Virus record (IMG/VR): IMGVR_UViG_3300021387_000074
Origin: a virus
Taxonomy: Duplodnaviria > Heunggongvirae > Uroviricota > Caudoviricetes
DNA length: 64,000 nt
Strand: one strand, 5' to 3'
A model generated the notes under the pieces. It was not told the DNA's origin. It was given only the letters and a program-made list of their open reading frames with translations, and did no database searches. The position numbers were made by a program, and so were the translations under genes. Below, piece after piece: positions 1-9,735 of this stretch (position 1 is the first letter of the stretch; each line of letters opens with the position of its first letter).

Positions 1-9
1 AATACTTCA

Positions 10-1653
10 ATGAAGTATGATAGTATTTCTGACAGAACCAATAAAGAGTCTCCAGCTTTCTATGTAAACGGTGCTTCACAGTTTACTGGTGATGTTGTAT
101 TCGGAAATAGTCTTGTAAGTTTTACAGAAGACGGCAAAACTTATAAAGCACTTGCAAACCAAAAACAAACTGGTAGCAATAATTCTCCAGTTCCTTATTC
201 TAAGGTTATATTCTGGGGAGCAAATGCAGCTAATACTGAAACTAAAGAAAACGGACAAACAACAACAAACTGGCATTCTGATTTTGACTTCCACGGTAAA
301 ACTTGGTTTGATCACAAAGTTAGAATTGGACGTGATTTAACAGACCACTTGGCTCCTGATGGCTATGAAGAAGCTGGCAAATACCAAGGTTCTCTTGAAA
401 TTCTTGGAAAACATTCAACCCCAGCCTTGAAAGTTAGTGGTCCAATACATTTTGAAGATGGACAAATAAGCTATCAGCAAGGACAAAGTATTACTCTTGA
501 GGCAAATTCTAACGCAGACCGCTCTGCTGGTGGAAATGTATCAAGATTGGTATTGAATGATGCAAAAAGCCTTAAAGATGCAGAACTTTACTCTTCTGGC
601 AATGTAGATATAGAAGCTGATGAAAATACAAATATTACTTCTGGTGTAGACACAAATGTAGATTCTGTAACGGATACAAATATTACTTCTGGTGTAGACA
701 CAAATATTACTTCTGGTGTAGACACAAATATTACTTCTACAGAAGGTGATATTACTTTGTTAACAAAAGCTGCTAATAAGAATATTATCTTGAAGAATGA
801 AAAAGATGGAAACATTAAATTAGGAAATGATACTAAAACTACAAATATAAGTTTACTCACAAACAAAGGTAGTGTTGATGTTAAATACAAGGCTGGTGGT
901 AACTTTAAAGTAACATTTGTTGGAACTAGTGACATTGATAAAGTTTTAGCAGACAAAGACAAACTTGTTTTAAAAACAAATGATAATACTAGTATAGAAT
1001 TATTAAATACTGATAATACAATTAACAGCAAAGCAGATAATTTTACTCACTCTGTTGGAAGCAATGAAAAAATAAAAATCGACAGTACAAACTCAATCTT
1101 TAAGTATGATAATGCTTCTATTTTAACATTGTCGAATAAACTTGCAAATCTAACTGCCGACAATTCTATTTTGAAATTAACAACAAATAAAGCTACAATT
1201 GATAGTACTGAAGTTATAATTAATAACAATGTACATTTTGGAACGTTTGCTAAAGCTGGTGCTACTTTCAATACAAGATTTGATGATTCAAGTATTTTCG
1301 CCCCAACTTTAAATCTTGTTGGAACTGGCGACATGGTTATCAAGAATGTTAGCGGTGAGGGTCGAACTGCTACAAATGGTGGTTTATTAACATTAAGTCA
1401 AAATGGTTTTAAACTACAAAGAGGAGAAAACACTGTCATAAATGGTGACAAAGACATTTTAAATTTGTGTGGTAATACTAACATAAAATTTAAATTGTGT
1501 GGTACTGGAAATGATTTAACTATTGCTAGTTTTAACTATTCTCCAGCTGACGGCAAATATGCAACATTCGATTGTAATACTTCATTTAACAATATGGTTA
1601 ATATAGACAACGACAAACTAAAAATAGGAAGCTATACAATTTCTATAAGTTAA
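10..1653 (+). CDS. Tail fibre/baseplate-associated beta-rich structural protein (probably 5'-truncated by the window edge)
   Basis: 547-aa ORF whose frame is open from base 1; T/N/S/G/D-rich beta-strand composition, internal 8-aa repeats; lies upstream of other fibre-like genes. Confidence 0.55.
   Translation: MKYDSISDRTNKESPAFYVNGASQFTGDVVFGNSLVSFTEDGKTYKALANQKQTGSNNSPVPYSKVIFWGANAANTETKENGQTTTNWHSDFDFHGKTWFDHKVRIGRDLTDHLAPDGYEEAGKYQGSLEILGKHSTPALKVSGPIHFEDGQISYQQGQSITLEANSNADRSAGGNVSRLVLNDAKSLKDAELYSSGNVDIEADENTNITSGVDTNVDSVTDTNITSGVDTNITSGVDTNITSTEGDITLLTKAANKNIILKNEKDGNIKLGNDTKTTNISLLTNKGSVDVKYKAGGNFKVTFVGTSDIDKVLADKDKLVLKTNDNTSIELLNTDNTINSKADNFTHSVGSNEKIKIDSTNSIFKYDNASILTLSNKLANLTADNSILKLTTNKATIDSTEVIINNNVHFGTFAKAGATFNTRFDDSSIFAPTLNLVGTGDMVIKNVSGEGRTATNGGLLTLSQNGFKLQRGENTVINGDKDILNLCGNTNIKFKLCGTGNDLTIASFNYSPADGKYATFDCNTSFNNMVNIDNDKLKIGSYTISIS
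628..738 (+). repeat. 24-bp in-frame tandem repeat (TNITSGVD)
   Basis: acaaatattacttctggtgtagac exact at 628, 676 and 700, a degenerate unit at 652 and a partial unit at 724. Confidence 0.95.
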
Positions 1654-1669
1654 TAGCGAAGGAAAGAAG

Positions 1670-2827
1670 ATGGCAATTTTACAATTTGAAGGTAAAGCTT
1701 ATAAACTTTATGATGACAGTTTAGTGACTCCAATATACAATAGTTATAAAAATAGTGGCTATGACGTTAAAAAACTCACAGCCACAAATGGAGCAAAAAA
1801 AGAAAGCGCTATATTGATTAGAGGAAGCTATAATTCATCAAATGAGTTTCAACCATATCTAAACTTAGTGAATGGTGATACAGTTGGGGCAAAAGCTGGT
1901 GGAAATTCGAAACCACAGTTTTTAGCAAAAGCTAGCAATGGCAACGTTTATTGTCCTGTCGTTCTTAACCAAGCAATAACATTTAATTATAAATATTGGG
2001 TAAGTGAATCTTGGGGAACATACACTGGCGGAAGCTCTAGACCAATTTACACAACAGTAAAGCTTGAATTTACAACTTGGAGTTCTAGATTTCCGCTAGA
2101 AAACAATTATCTCTGTTCTTTTGGAAAAAACACATTTACATTATCAGCTGGCAGTAGTTCTGGCAATTGTGGCGATAGTGGTGTTTCGGGTGAGACTACT
2201 GGTGGATATGGTGGAATTTGGAGTGGTGTTTGGGGTAATATTTGGAAACTTTTAAATAAAAACGATGCTAGCAAAACTGGCTATTCAGAGAATGAGCCAC
2301 AAAATGGTTTAAAATGTTTAATTTTTATTAAATCTGGAAGTGATGAAAAACTTTCTTATACTGTGTCAGATGATGCGAGCTGGACAGCAAATGTTCCAGC
2401 TACAACAAGAGACAAAACAGCAACACACAGCGCCTCTGAAAGAGAATGGAAAGAATGGTCTGGACCTATATGGTGGTTTGGCCACAGAAGTAGAACTGTA
2501 TCTGTAACATACTTAAATGCAAATACAGAAAAATGGGATACTGTTTCTGATACTAATGAAAATTCTTATGGTTATGGTAACGACTGGGCTTATAAATGGC
2601 CAGATTGGCCAAGTTGGCCTAGTGTTTCTTTTACTGTACCTGGTGGTACACTCGCTTTTGATGGAACAAAATCATTTACCAAAACATATATAAGTAGAGC
2701 TGTAAGAGGTATCTATGGTTCTGGAACCGAGTCTCAAAATTGGCACTCATACACATATTCAACTGAAGAGGGTACTTCTACTTCAAGAGAAGATTCTGTA
2801 ACTTTTTCGTTTTCTTATGAGGGTTAA
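1670..2827 (+). CDS. Putative tail fibre/receptor-binding structural protein
   Basis: 385 aa, G/S/T/W/Y-rich; SD aagga and AAGTTAA upstream; follows the fibre-like gene. Confidence 0.45.
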   Translation: MAILQFEGKAYKLYDDSLVTPIYNSYKNSGYDVKKLTATNGAKKESAILIRGSYNSSNEFQPYLNLVNGDTVGAKAGGNSKPQFLAKASNGNVYCPVVLNQAITFNYKYWVSESWGTYTGGSSRPIYTTVKLEFTTWSSRFPLENNYLCSFGKNTFTLSAGSSSGNCGDSGVSGETTGGYGGIWSGVWGNIWKLLNKNDASKTGYSENEPQNGLKCLIFIKSGSDEKLSYTVSDDASWTANVPATTRDKTATHSASEREWKEWSGPIWWFGHRSRTVSVTYLNANTEKWDTVSDTNENSYGYGNDWAYKWPDWPSWPSVSFTVPGGTLAFDGTKSFTKTYISRAVRGIYGSGTESQNWHSYTYSTEEGTSTSREDSVTFSFSYEG

Positions 2828-2836
2828 GGTGGAATA

Positions 2837-3577
2837 ATGAATTTAATAATAACATTAGACAAAAATAATATAAAAATAAATGGCGGAAGTTATTTAAGAA
2901 ACTCTTTTAGAATTATAGAATTAAAAGATGTTGATATTGAAAAATTAAAAAATTTAAACTATGACTACGTTTATTTATTCTTGTTTGGCAATTTTGAAAT
3001 AAACAAAAATTTACCAAATTGTCAAAATAACGATTATGGCATTTTTTGCGTTAGCAACAAAGCCTTTCCTTCTTTCTTTTGTTTAAAAAGATCATTTTTT
3101 GAAGTTTTCTGTATTATTATTGGAAATAACATTATGACGAAAACTGGAGAAACTCTAGAAATAAAAAATCATTTTAGATGTCGTGAAGAAGATATTACAT
3201 ACAAAATAACAAAGTTTAGTGATTTTGTTAGTATGAATGTTAATAACACAGATGATTATACTCCTCCAATACTTTCCACTCTTAATGCGGAAAGAACTTC
3301 TGTTCAATTGTTAAACAAATTTAGCCTTTTAGACTTTTGCTCTGCAGATATAAAAGAAAATTGCTTCAATTTTATAATGGGAGAACTAAACGATTATCAA
3401 AAAAAATTTTTGGAAGAGAACTTATATAATAAAGTAAGCTCTGTATATTTTATAAGCAAATGGTGCTCTGATAAAATATTAAAATATTTAAAAGATAATC
3501 CATACACTGTTCCAGAAGATTACATTAGTAAAATTGAAGAAAATTTTATATATGGCGACAAAAGTGATTTGGAGTAA
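2837..3577 (+). CDS. Hypothetical protein
   Basis: 246-aa ORF with SD-like ggtgga; no recognised motif. Confidence 0.7.
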   Translation: MNLIITLDKNNIKINGGSYLRNSFRIIELKDVDIEKLKNLNYDYVYLFLFGNFEINKNLPNCQNNDYGIFCVSNKAFPSFFCLKRSFFEVFCIIIGNNIMTKTGETLEIKNHFRCREEDITYKITKFSDFVSMNVNNTDDYTPPILSTLNAERTSVQLLNKFSLLDFCSADIKENCFNFIMGELNDYQKKFLEENLYNKVSSVYFISKWCSDKILKYLKDNPYTVPEDYISKIEENFIYGDKSDLE

Positions 3578-3580
3578 AAG

Positions 3581-4438
3581 ATGAAATTAAGTATTATTTT
3601 AACATTTTGTGATAAGGATTTTCATTATATAAATGATTTTCTCAAAGATATCAAAAACAAAGTAAAAATAAATCATGAGGTTTTACTTGTTGATAACAGA
3701 ATTAAAAATACTGAAGAACTTCCAGATAAAAAACTTTATGATAAAGTTTTAGTATTTGGAAACAAATCTAACTTTGGCAGACATAAAGCAGTTTTTGAAG
3801 CCACTGGCGATAGAATATGGTTTATAGATGCAGACGATGAAATCTATGAAATAGATGAAAGTTTTGAAGAGTATCTTGGTGGAGAAGAAGAGTATATACA
3901 ATTCTTGTATCTTGATTATAAAAAACAATTCTTCGCTAACGGAAACTGTTCTTTATGGAATAAATGGTTAAAGACAGACGTATGCAAGGAAAGATTTTCA
4001 AAGTTTAAAGATTTACCAATAGTATTTCATGACGACTATTTAATGGTAAGTGCTTTAAATAATTATAAAAGTGTTCAAAAGAAAATTTATATTTATAGAA
4101 ATGATAGAAGTTTATGTTATTCAGACGGTTTAAAAGATAGTAGAGAAATTTTAAGATCTTTTTCTGGTTTAAAATATTTAAGAGAAGAATTAGCAGCGAC
4201 TGGCAACTTTGGCTTTTGGTTCTATAGAGCAATCAGTGATGCACTTTGGTTTTGTTATACTGGTGTTAGAGAATGTGATAAAGAGTTAGCATTTGATATG
4301 GTTTTTTCTTGCATTAGATTTTCAGATTTTGTAGAAGTTATAAAAATAATGTTTGCAGAAATGAATGATGATAATAATAAAATAGCAGCAGAGATTTATG
4401 AAAGATGGGATAAGTTCCAAAGAAAAATGCATAGTTAA
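3581..4438 (+). CDS. Glycosyltransferase family 2 (GT-A fold)
   Basis: N-terminal LSIIL, EVLLVDN, and GDRIWFIDADDEI (DxD) motifs typical of GT2. Confidence 0.85.
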   Translation: MKLSIILTFCDKDFHYINDFLKDIKNKVKINHEVLLVDNRIKNTEELPDKKLYDKVLVFGNKSNFGRHKAVFEATGDRIWFIDADDEIYEIDESFEEYLGGEEEYIQFLYLDYKKQFFANGNCSLWNKWLKTDVCKERFSKFKDLPIVFHDDYLMVSALNNYKSVQKKIYIYRNDRSLCYSDGLKDSREILRSFSGLKYLREELAATGNFGFWFYRAISDALWFCYTGVRECDKELAFDMVFSCIRFSDFVEVIKIMFAEMNDDNNKIAAEIYERWDKFQRKMHS

Positions 4439-4507
4439 CCGAGTGGACAAATTTGTCGTGAGTCACGACACAGATGTCCACTATGCATAATACTAAGTAA
4501 CAAGTAG
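4439..4507. repeat. 69-bp intergenic palindromic element, copy 1
   Basis: 61/69 identical to 38863-38931; nested inverted repeats gtggaca...tgtccac and gtcgtga/tcacgac. Confidence 0.9.
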
Positions 4508-4534
4508 TGCTCAAAAAGTACGGAGAGGATGGAC

Positions 4535-4563
4535 TTGACTGCTGTTTGTTAATTAGTTATAAT
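4535..4563 (+). promoter_or_regulatory. Sigma70-type promoter
   Basis: TTGACT-N17-TATAAT upstream of SD aagga and ATG 4582. Confidence 0.75.
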
Positions 4564-4581
4564 AAAGAAAAGAAGGAAAAT

Positions 4582-5439
4582 ATGAAAAGTAGCTCAGTAT
4601 CTAATTATATCCAGAGAGATGGATTTGTAATGGTTTCGAATCTTCTGATTGCTTATCAATCAGAATTAGGGTTGTCTGATAGAGAATTAATGTTTATAAT
4701 TAAAGCAATCAAGCATAAAGAAAATTATAAACTTCATGATGAGCAGTTAGATCCAAATGTATCACCAAGAACTCTACAAAGATGTAGAAAATCTTTAAAA
4801 GAAAAAGGTTATCTTAACTATAAAATATGGAAATACACAGATGAAAAAGGTCATATTCACACAGAAGGTATAACCTATGATTTCTCTCCACTTGAAGAGG
4901 AATTACAGCGCATTTCTAATCTTATCGCAGAAGAGAAAGAAAGTCAAATAAATAAAGAAGCAGAAAACTACATAATCGAATATGGCGAAGATTCTCCAAT
5001 TATTAATTATCTAAACGATTGGGAAAATCATTATGGTGACAAGTATAGACTTACACCTGCAGAAAAGCAGTGGTATAATAAACTTTCAGAAGAAGACCAA
5101 CAGTATGTTTCAAGAATTTTTGATTACTGTGAAGATTTACACTTATTTAAAGAAATAACACCAAGACTTATCCTGTTTGTTAAGACACCTTCTAGATGGG
5201 AGCAGGTTAAAGCATATGTAAATGAAAACCCTAAAGAAAACATAATAAGTTGTTTGGAAGAGGAGCCAGAAGAAGAAAAACAACCAACAAAGGTAAAGAT
5301 TGATAAAAAATTAATTATAGAAAAAGAAATTAAGAGAGCTCAACAAGCATTAGATGGGAAACTTGACGATATTCAAAGAATGGTTTGGGAAGATTATTTA
5401 AAAGATAAATTAGAAGAGCTTAAAGAAATAGGAGAGTAA
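4582..5439 (+). CDS. Winged-helix DNA-binding protein, DnaD-N/replication-initiator-like
   Basis: LGLSDRELMFII...VSPRTLQRCRKSLKEKGYL...YDFSPL resembles the DnaD N-terminal/RepA wHTH; start moved to ATG 4582 because of the SD. Confidence 0.6.
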   Translation: MKSSSVSNYIQRDGFVMVSNLLIAYQSELGLSDRELMFIIKAIKHKENYKLHDEQLDPNVSPRTLQRCRKSLKEKGYLNYKIWKYTDEKGHIHTEGITYDFSPLEEELQRISNLIAEEKESQINKEAENYIIEYGEDSPIINYLNDWENHYGDKYRLTPAEKQWYNKLSEEDQQYVSRIFDYCEDLHLFKEITPRLILFVKTPSRWEQVKAYVNENPKENIISCLEEEPEEEKQPTKVKIDKKLIIEKEIKRAQQALDGKLDDIQRMVWEDYLKDKLEELKEIGE

Positions 5440-5441
5440 TA

Positions 5442-6209
5442 ATGAACTTTAAAGAACTATTCGACAAAGAGTTTCTTTACGAAAGTAAGAAAGAAGATAA
5501 AAAGTCAACTAAAATTTTTTATAAGTTTGATATAAATATAAAGAAAATAGACGAGGCAGAAGCCACACCAGGCCAACAGCCAGTTGACCAAGCAGCAGTT
5601 CCACAAACTGACCCAACAGCTCAGGTTCCAGTTGACCAGACAATGACTCCAACCGCGCCAGTTGATCAAACAGCAGTTCCACAAACTGACCCAACAGCGG
5701 CTCAGCCAGTGCCAGTAGAACAACCACCAGTTGATTTGTCTATACCTTTAGCATCTGTAGTAACAGAAGACGACGAAAAAGAAAGTGTAGAAATCAATGA
5801 TGAAGATAATATAATCAGAAAACTTGAAGGTGAAGTTGTTCTTTCTGAAGAAGAAGTTGACGAGATTCAAACAATCGAAGATATCATTACAAAATTGACA
5901 GAAACAAAAGTAGACGGTATAGAAGTTCTTGATGAGTTTACTGCAGACATCTTGCAAGTAATGGTAAACCCAGCAACACAGCAAATGCTTAAAGATAAGA
6001 TTGGTAAAGAAAGTACAATCTTCGCAGAGATTATCTATGGTAAAAAGAAGGAAGAATCAGCAGGTTTGAGAATTATTAAGAGAAAGAATTCAGAACTTCT
6101 TACAACTTCTATGATGATAGATAATAAAATTATAAACTCAAAATACAACAAGGAAACATTAGACAAAAGAATAACAGAATACAGAAACAGTAAATTTGAG
6201 CAAGATTAA
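5442..6209 (+). CDS. Putative virion/internal head protein with Gln/Pro/Thr repeat linker
   Basis: Starts MNFKELFDKEFLYE like the internal-protein set; PVDQ/PQTDPTA repeats; acidic. Confidence 0.55.
   Translation: MNFKELFDKEFLYESKKEDKKSTKIFYKFDINIKKIDEAEATPGQQPVDQAAVPQTDPTAQVPVDQTMTPTAPVDQTAVPQTDPTAAQPVPVEQPPVDLSIPLASVVTEDDEKESVEINDEDNIIRKLEGEVVLSEEEVDEIQTIEDIITKLTETKVDGIEVLDEFTADILQVMVNPATQQMLKDKIGKESTIFAEIIYGKKKEESAGLRIIKRKNSELLTTSMMIDNKIINSKYNKETLDKRITEYRNSKFEQD
5580..5698 (+). repeat. 41-bp in-frame direct repeat (PVDQxAVPQTDPTA)
   Basis: 5580-5620 and 5658-5698 differ at 2 positions. Confidence 0.9.
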
Positions 6210-6211
6210 TT

Positions 6212-6502
6212 TTGATTAGCGAAGTAGAGATTGCGAAGAAAGAACATTCCTCAAAAGACAAAAAGGTTGTAATTACTAAACCTAGCAACAGTTGTGCTTT
6301 TCTTCTTTACTTCGACAACGATATAATTAAGAAAAGTAAAGCATTTATATATCCACACACAACTTCTGGGATAAAAAAAGTAAATAAAGAACTTAACCAA
6401 GAATATAAGCTTTGGCTAAGATGTCTTTGGTATTACGGTTATCTAGAAGAAGATGATGTGCAATTACTAGAGTTTAAAAGACTTGACAAAAAGAGTAAAT
6501 AG
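6212..6502 (+). CDS. Hypothetical protein
   Basis: 96-aa ORF with TTG start filling the gap between two genes. Confidence 0.55.
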   Translation: MISEVEIAKKEHSSKDKKVVITKPSNSCAFLLYFDNDIIKKSKAFIYPHTTSGIKKVNKELNQEYKLWLRCLWYYGYLEEDDVQLLEFKRLDKKSK

Positions 6503-6510
6503 TTTATCCT
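6483..6510 (+). promoter_or_regulatory. Sigma70-type promoter for the sigma-like gene
   Basis: TTGACA-N16-TATCCT; shares GTTTATCCTATAC (6502-6514) with the - strand promoter near 30210. Confidence 0.6.
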
Positions 6511-6527
6511 ATACTTAGGAGTAATTG

Positions 6528-7304
6528 ATGGAATTAGATTTAGAATTAGAAGATGAAAACAATAATAATGATGAAATAATAATACAGCCTGATCCTGATT
6601 TTAGCAATGATGAGTCTTTATTGAATTCACTGAAAACAACTCATAAAGCACCAAAAGGCATGTATTTTGATGAGGATTATTTTGCAGACTTGGTTATAAA
6701 CAAATACTTACCAACAATTAAAAGAGATGAGAATGGCAAAATAATTAGTTCTGATAAAGTAGTAGAAAAAGAAGTACTGGCTAATATGCTATTAGTTGTT
6801 AATGCAGTTATTAATAAATATGGTATATGGCGCTTTGGCAAAATAGAAGTGCTACGTTCAGAAGGTTTAGCAGAGTGTTGGAGAAGTTTGCCAACATTTG
6901 ACCCTAGTAGGAAAAAGAAATTTTTCCACTTCTTAAGTTTAGTTACTAAATACCATTTAATAAATTTAACCAAAAAAGACAAAGAAATGAGAGAGGCTGC
7001 AGATATAGCGATTCAGCCTAATCTTGAAAGTAATATTTGTGTAAAGAATGAATTCTTCTTTGAAGATATGGAATGTGTCTTATTTGATATTATAGACGAG
7101 CACTTCCCCGAAAAAGAAAAACATGAAAAGTATATTGACTTAGCTTCCATACTTATGGAGTATGTAAGAGAAAACAAAATGATAATTGGAAAAAATGACT
7201 TATTCTCCACTTTTAGAGAATATGGATATAAAACAAGTGATTACAAAAAGTTTATAGCAGACATAGAGCCTTATAAACAACAACTCTATGAGCTAGCTTC
7301 ATAG
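6528..7304 (+). CDS. Phage late-transcription sigma factor (T4 gp55-like)
   Basis: SEGLAECWRSLPTFDPSRKKKFFHFLSLVTKYHLINL matches the sigma region-2 pattern (EG..C....FDP.K...F.Y); SD aggag. Confidence 0.65.
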   Translation: MELDLELEDENNNNDEIIIQPDPDFSNDESLLNSLKTTHKAPKGMYFDEDYFADLVINKYLPTIKRDENGKIISSDKVVEKEVLANMLLVVNAVINKYGIWRFGKIEVLRSEGLAECWRSLPTFDPSRKKKFFHFLSLVTKYHLINLTKKDKEMREAADIAIQPNLESNICVKNEFFFEDMECVLFDIIDEHFPEKEKHEKYIDLASILMEYVRENKMIIGKNDLFSTFREYGYKTSDYKKFIADIEPYKQQLYELAS

Positions 7305-7316
7305 TTACTCCTTCTG

Positions 7317-7338
7317 GGCCGCGGGTGCGGCCTTTTTT
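7317..7338 (+). terminator. Rho-independent terminator
   Basis: ggccgc-gggt-gcggcc followed by T6. Confidence 0.85.
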
Positions 7339-7352
7339 ATTAAGTTAAAATT

Positions 7353-7559
7353 ATGGATTATGATTACTTACAAGCAGTAGAAAAAAGATATAACCGTATG
7401 TATTCTTATGGTGGCATAGTCGAAAAAAGTTTCTGGCAGAATGTCGGAAAAATTGTAAACAAAAAAGAAAAGCTTGAACAAACAAAAATGTTTGATGAGA
7501 TGCTAAAAACAGCAGATAAAATGATAAAAGGTGGAATGAATGACAGAAGCAGAATATGA
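7353..7559 (+). CDS. Hypothetical protein (leaderless late gene)
   Basis: 68 aa; AAGTTAA + 4 nt + ATG. Confidence 0.7.
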   Translation: MDYDYLQAVEKRYNRMYSYGGIVEKSFWQNVGKIVNKKEKLEQTKMFDEMLKTADKMIKGGMNDRSRI

Positions 7560-8022
7560 TGAAATGATGATACTTAAAGAAAGAGGTATTAAAAAAACAG
7601 ACGATTTAGAAGTAAACGAAGATGAGATAGATACTGCTCTTTCTTTAATAGATGAAAACCAAAAAGAAGTAGCAGAAAAGAAAGAAGAAGTTGTAGAAGA
7701 AAAACCAGAAATAAGTATAGATGATATAACTAGAGTTGCTCTCGACTCCTATAAAGATATCCAGAAGCACTCAGAAGAGATATATGATGCTTTTTATGGT
7801 AGAGTTGCAACAAACCAAGATAGAACAGATGTAAGTAAACAAATGCTTACAGACTCTCAAAGAATTAAAATAGAGAGTATCAATGCTTTGGCAAACTTAG
7901 CAAATGCTAAAGCCAAATTAATAGCTGCAGAAAGAAAAGCTTCTCAAGGAAATGTAGGGGTTTTTATAAACTCTCAGAGAGGAGAAGATGTTGGCATCAA
8001 TTTAGCCAATCTTGGAGATTAA
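7540..8022 (+). CDS. Hypothetical coiled-coil protein, candidate terminase small subunit
   Basis: Helical core followed by GNVGVFINS, recalling the T4 gp16 C-terminal strand; weak similarity only. Confidence 0.3.
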   Translation: MTEAEYDEMMILKERGIKKTDDLEVNEDEIDTALSLIDENQKEVAEKKEEVVEEKPEISIDDITRVALDSYKDIQKHSEEIYDAFYGRVATNQDRTDVSKQMLTDSQRIKIESINALANLANAKAKLIAAERKASQGNVGVFINSQRGEDVGINLANLGD

Positions 8023-8045
8023 AAGTTAATATAAAGGAATTTGAC

Positions 8046-8906
8046 ATGAAATTATATAATTATACACCAGAAATATTTCTTGAAACTTATTCAAAAGATT
8101 GCGTCGAGCTTGGCGAAGAAACTGCGAAAGCAATATATGAAGAAGTATTTAGTGCTATATGTAATAAAAAAGTAACACTTGATAATTTTTCTAAAAGCTA
8201 TGATTCTTTAATGGAAGCAGAAAAAATGTTAATGGAATCCACAGTGCCAGATGCAAGAATGCAAGAAGCAATAGCAAATGCAGAACATGCTAGACAAGTA
8301 GCGTTGGCTAGCCAAAAAGCACAGGGACTTACTTTACAGGCTGTAGCAAATATGACAAATGCTGCTGCTGAACAAGGCGGAATACCAGCTGCAGATATGG
8401 CTTTTCTTAATGGCGTAAAAAATGAAATATATGCCAAATCAGATAAAGCAGCTGCAGAAGCCTTTAATTCTACAATGGAGCAAATTGCAAAAAGAACTGC
8501 TTCTCAAAATATGGTAGACACAGCAAAAGTTGGTCTTTTGACAAAAATAGGAAGGTTTATTACTTCTCTTCCATCAAAAGTAAAAACATTCTTTGGTGGA
8601 TTGAAAGGAAAATCTTTTAGCGAAATTATGCATAAAGGAATGTCTTGGCTGGCAGCAAACCCAGCTTTGGCACTTAAAACAACTGGCGGTATTGCTTTGG
8701 TTGCATTACTTATAAGAGCACTTAAAAAACGTGGAGAACTTAATAAGTATAAAGCCCTTGCAACAATTGAAGCAAGAGCAAATACATTAAAAGAAGATTG
8801 CTATGACACTTATTCTGAAGAAACAAAAGAAAAGGTAGCAATGAGAAAAGTTCTAGAAGAATGTAAAACAAACAAGGCACTTGCCAAAATTATATTAGAG
8901 GACTAA
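8046..8906 (+). CDS. Putative internal head/ejection protein
   Basis: Repeated [LI]-x-E sites (FLE, IYE, LME, LKE), Ala-rich helices, one hydrophobic segment GGIALVALLIRAL. Confidence 0.45.
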   Translation: MKLYNYTPEIFLETYSKDCVELGEETAKAIYEEVFSAICNKKVTLDNFSKSYDSLMEAEKMLMESTVPDARMQEAIANAEHARQVALASQKAQGLTLQAVANMTNAAAEQGGIPAADMAFLNGVKNEIYAKSDKAAAEAFNSTMEQIAKRTASQNMVDTAKVGLLTKIGRFITSLPSKVKTFFGGLKGKSFSEIMHKGMSWLAANPALALKTTGGIALVALLIRALKKRGELNKYKALATIEARANTLKEDCYDTYSEETKEKVAMRKVLEECKTNKALAKIILED

Positions 8907-8916
8907 GAGGTAAAAA

Positions 8917-9711
8917 ATGGTTAGAGGACAAATAATTATAACATTATCAAGTGGTAGAGTAATTTCTTATGCTAATAGATATTTAACAAAGAAAGCAGGT
9001 GTTGATGAAAATGGAGAACCATTAACAGATAACGCTGGTGTAAAAAAGATTTACGATGGCTTTGGCAATCCTATTAAGGTAGAAAAGGATGGTGTTTTGG
9101 TTGATTTGGAAGAAGATATTTCAACACCGTTATTTGATGGCTATCCAGAGTTTAATTATTATTACACTGGTTACGGTGATGACAAATACGAAGACCAGAC
9201 TGGTCTTGGAAAAATAAAAGGAGATTATGAATATCTCGTAGCTCAGCTTGGTGTTGTTGGAAATGACTGTTTGAGATTCCCAGAAGCTGATGAAAATCAC
9301 GGTGATACAACAGAATTAGTAAGAAGAGTAACTTCAACAGTTAACGGCGTTGAAACTTATTCGAGAGAGCAGGTTTCTGCTAAAGAAGTTGTTTCTATCA
9401 AGATAAAAGAAGACTGGGTTAACTTCCCTTATGGAAGAGAAAGTGGCTATAACCTTTCTAAAGACTCACCTAACTTTATGGGCTTCAGAGAGTCTTATGA
9501 AATTAAGCAAAAACAGCTTGACAGAGGTCCAGATTTCAACAAGAATATTAAATATGATAATGGTTACATTCCAAATCCAGTTATAGAAAACGGTGTGGTT
9601 GTAAATGAGGCAGAGTTTGATGAAGTAGTAGAAGAAACTGTTAGAAATGGTAAAGAATACTATGGAATCAAAAATGGCAAAAAGTCTGGTAAGACTTTTG
9701 TTAAGAACTAA
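8917..9711 (+). CDS. Hypothetical late protein
   Basis: 264-aa ORF with SD gaggt. Confidence 0.75.
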   Translation: MVRGQIIITLSSGRVISYANRYLTKKAGVDENGEPLTDNAGVKKIYDGFGNPIKVEKDGVLVDLEEDISTPLFDGYPEFNYYYTGYGDDKYEDQTGLGKIKGDYEYLVAQLGVVGNDCLRFPEADENHGDTTELVRRVTSTVNGVETYSREQVSAKEVVSIKIKEDWVNFPYGRESGYNLSKDSPNFMGFRESYEIKQKQLDRGPDFNKNIKYDNGYIPNPVIENGVVVNEAEFDEVVEETVRNGKEYYGIKNGKKSGKTFVKN

Positions 9712-9735
9712 GTTAAATAATAAGGAGAACAAAAT

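Noticed and set aside
628-738. CRISPR-like array
   Set aside because: Units are directly adjacent, in frame within a CDS, and have no unique spacers
588-1031. Long - strand ORF with repeats (also 5505-5727, 36447-36668, 38183-38515, 53501-54275)
   Set aside because: Antisense shadows of low-complexity + strand genes; no SD or promoter and hydrophobic-biased artefactual composition
1670-2827. Diversity-generating retroelement target in the fibre-like gene
   Set aside because: No reverse transcriptase and no adenine-mismatched template repeat seen in the window
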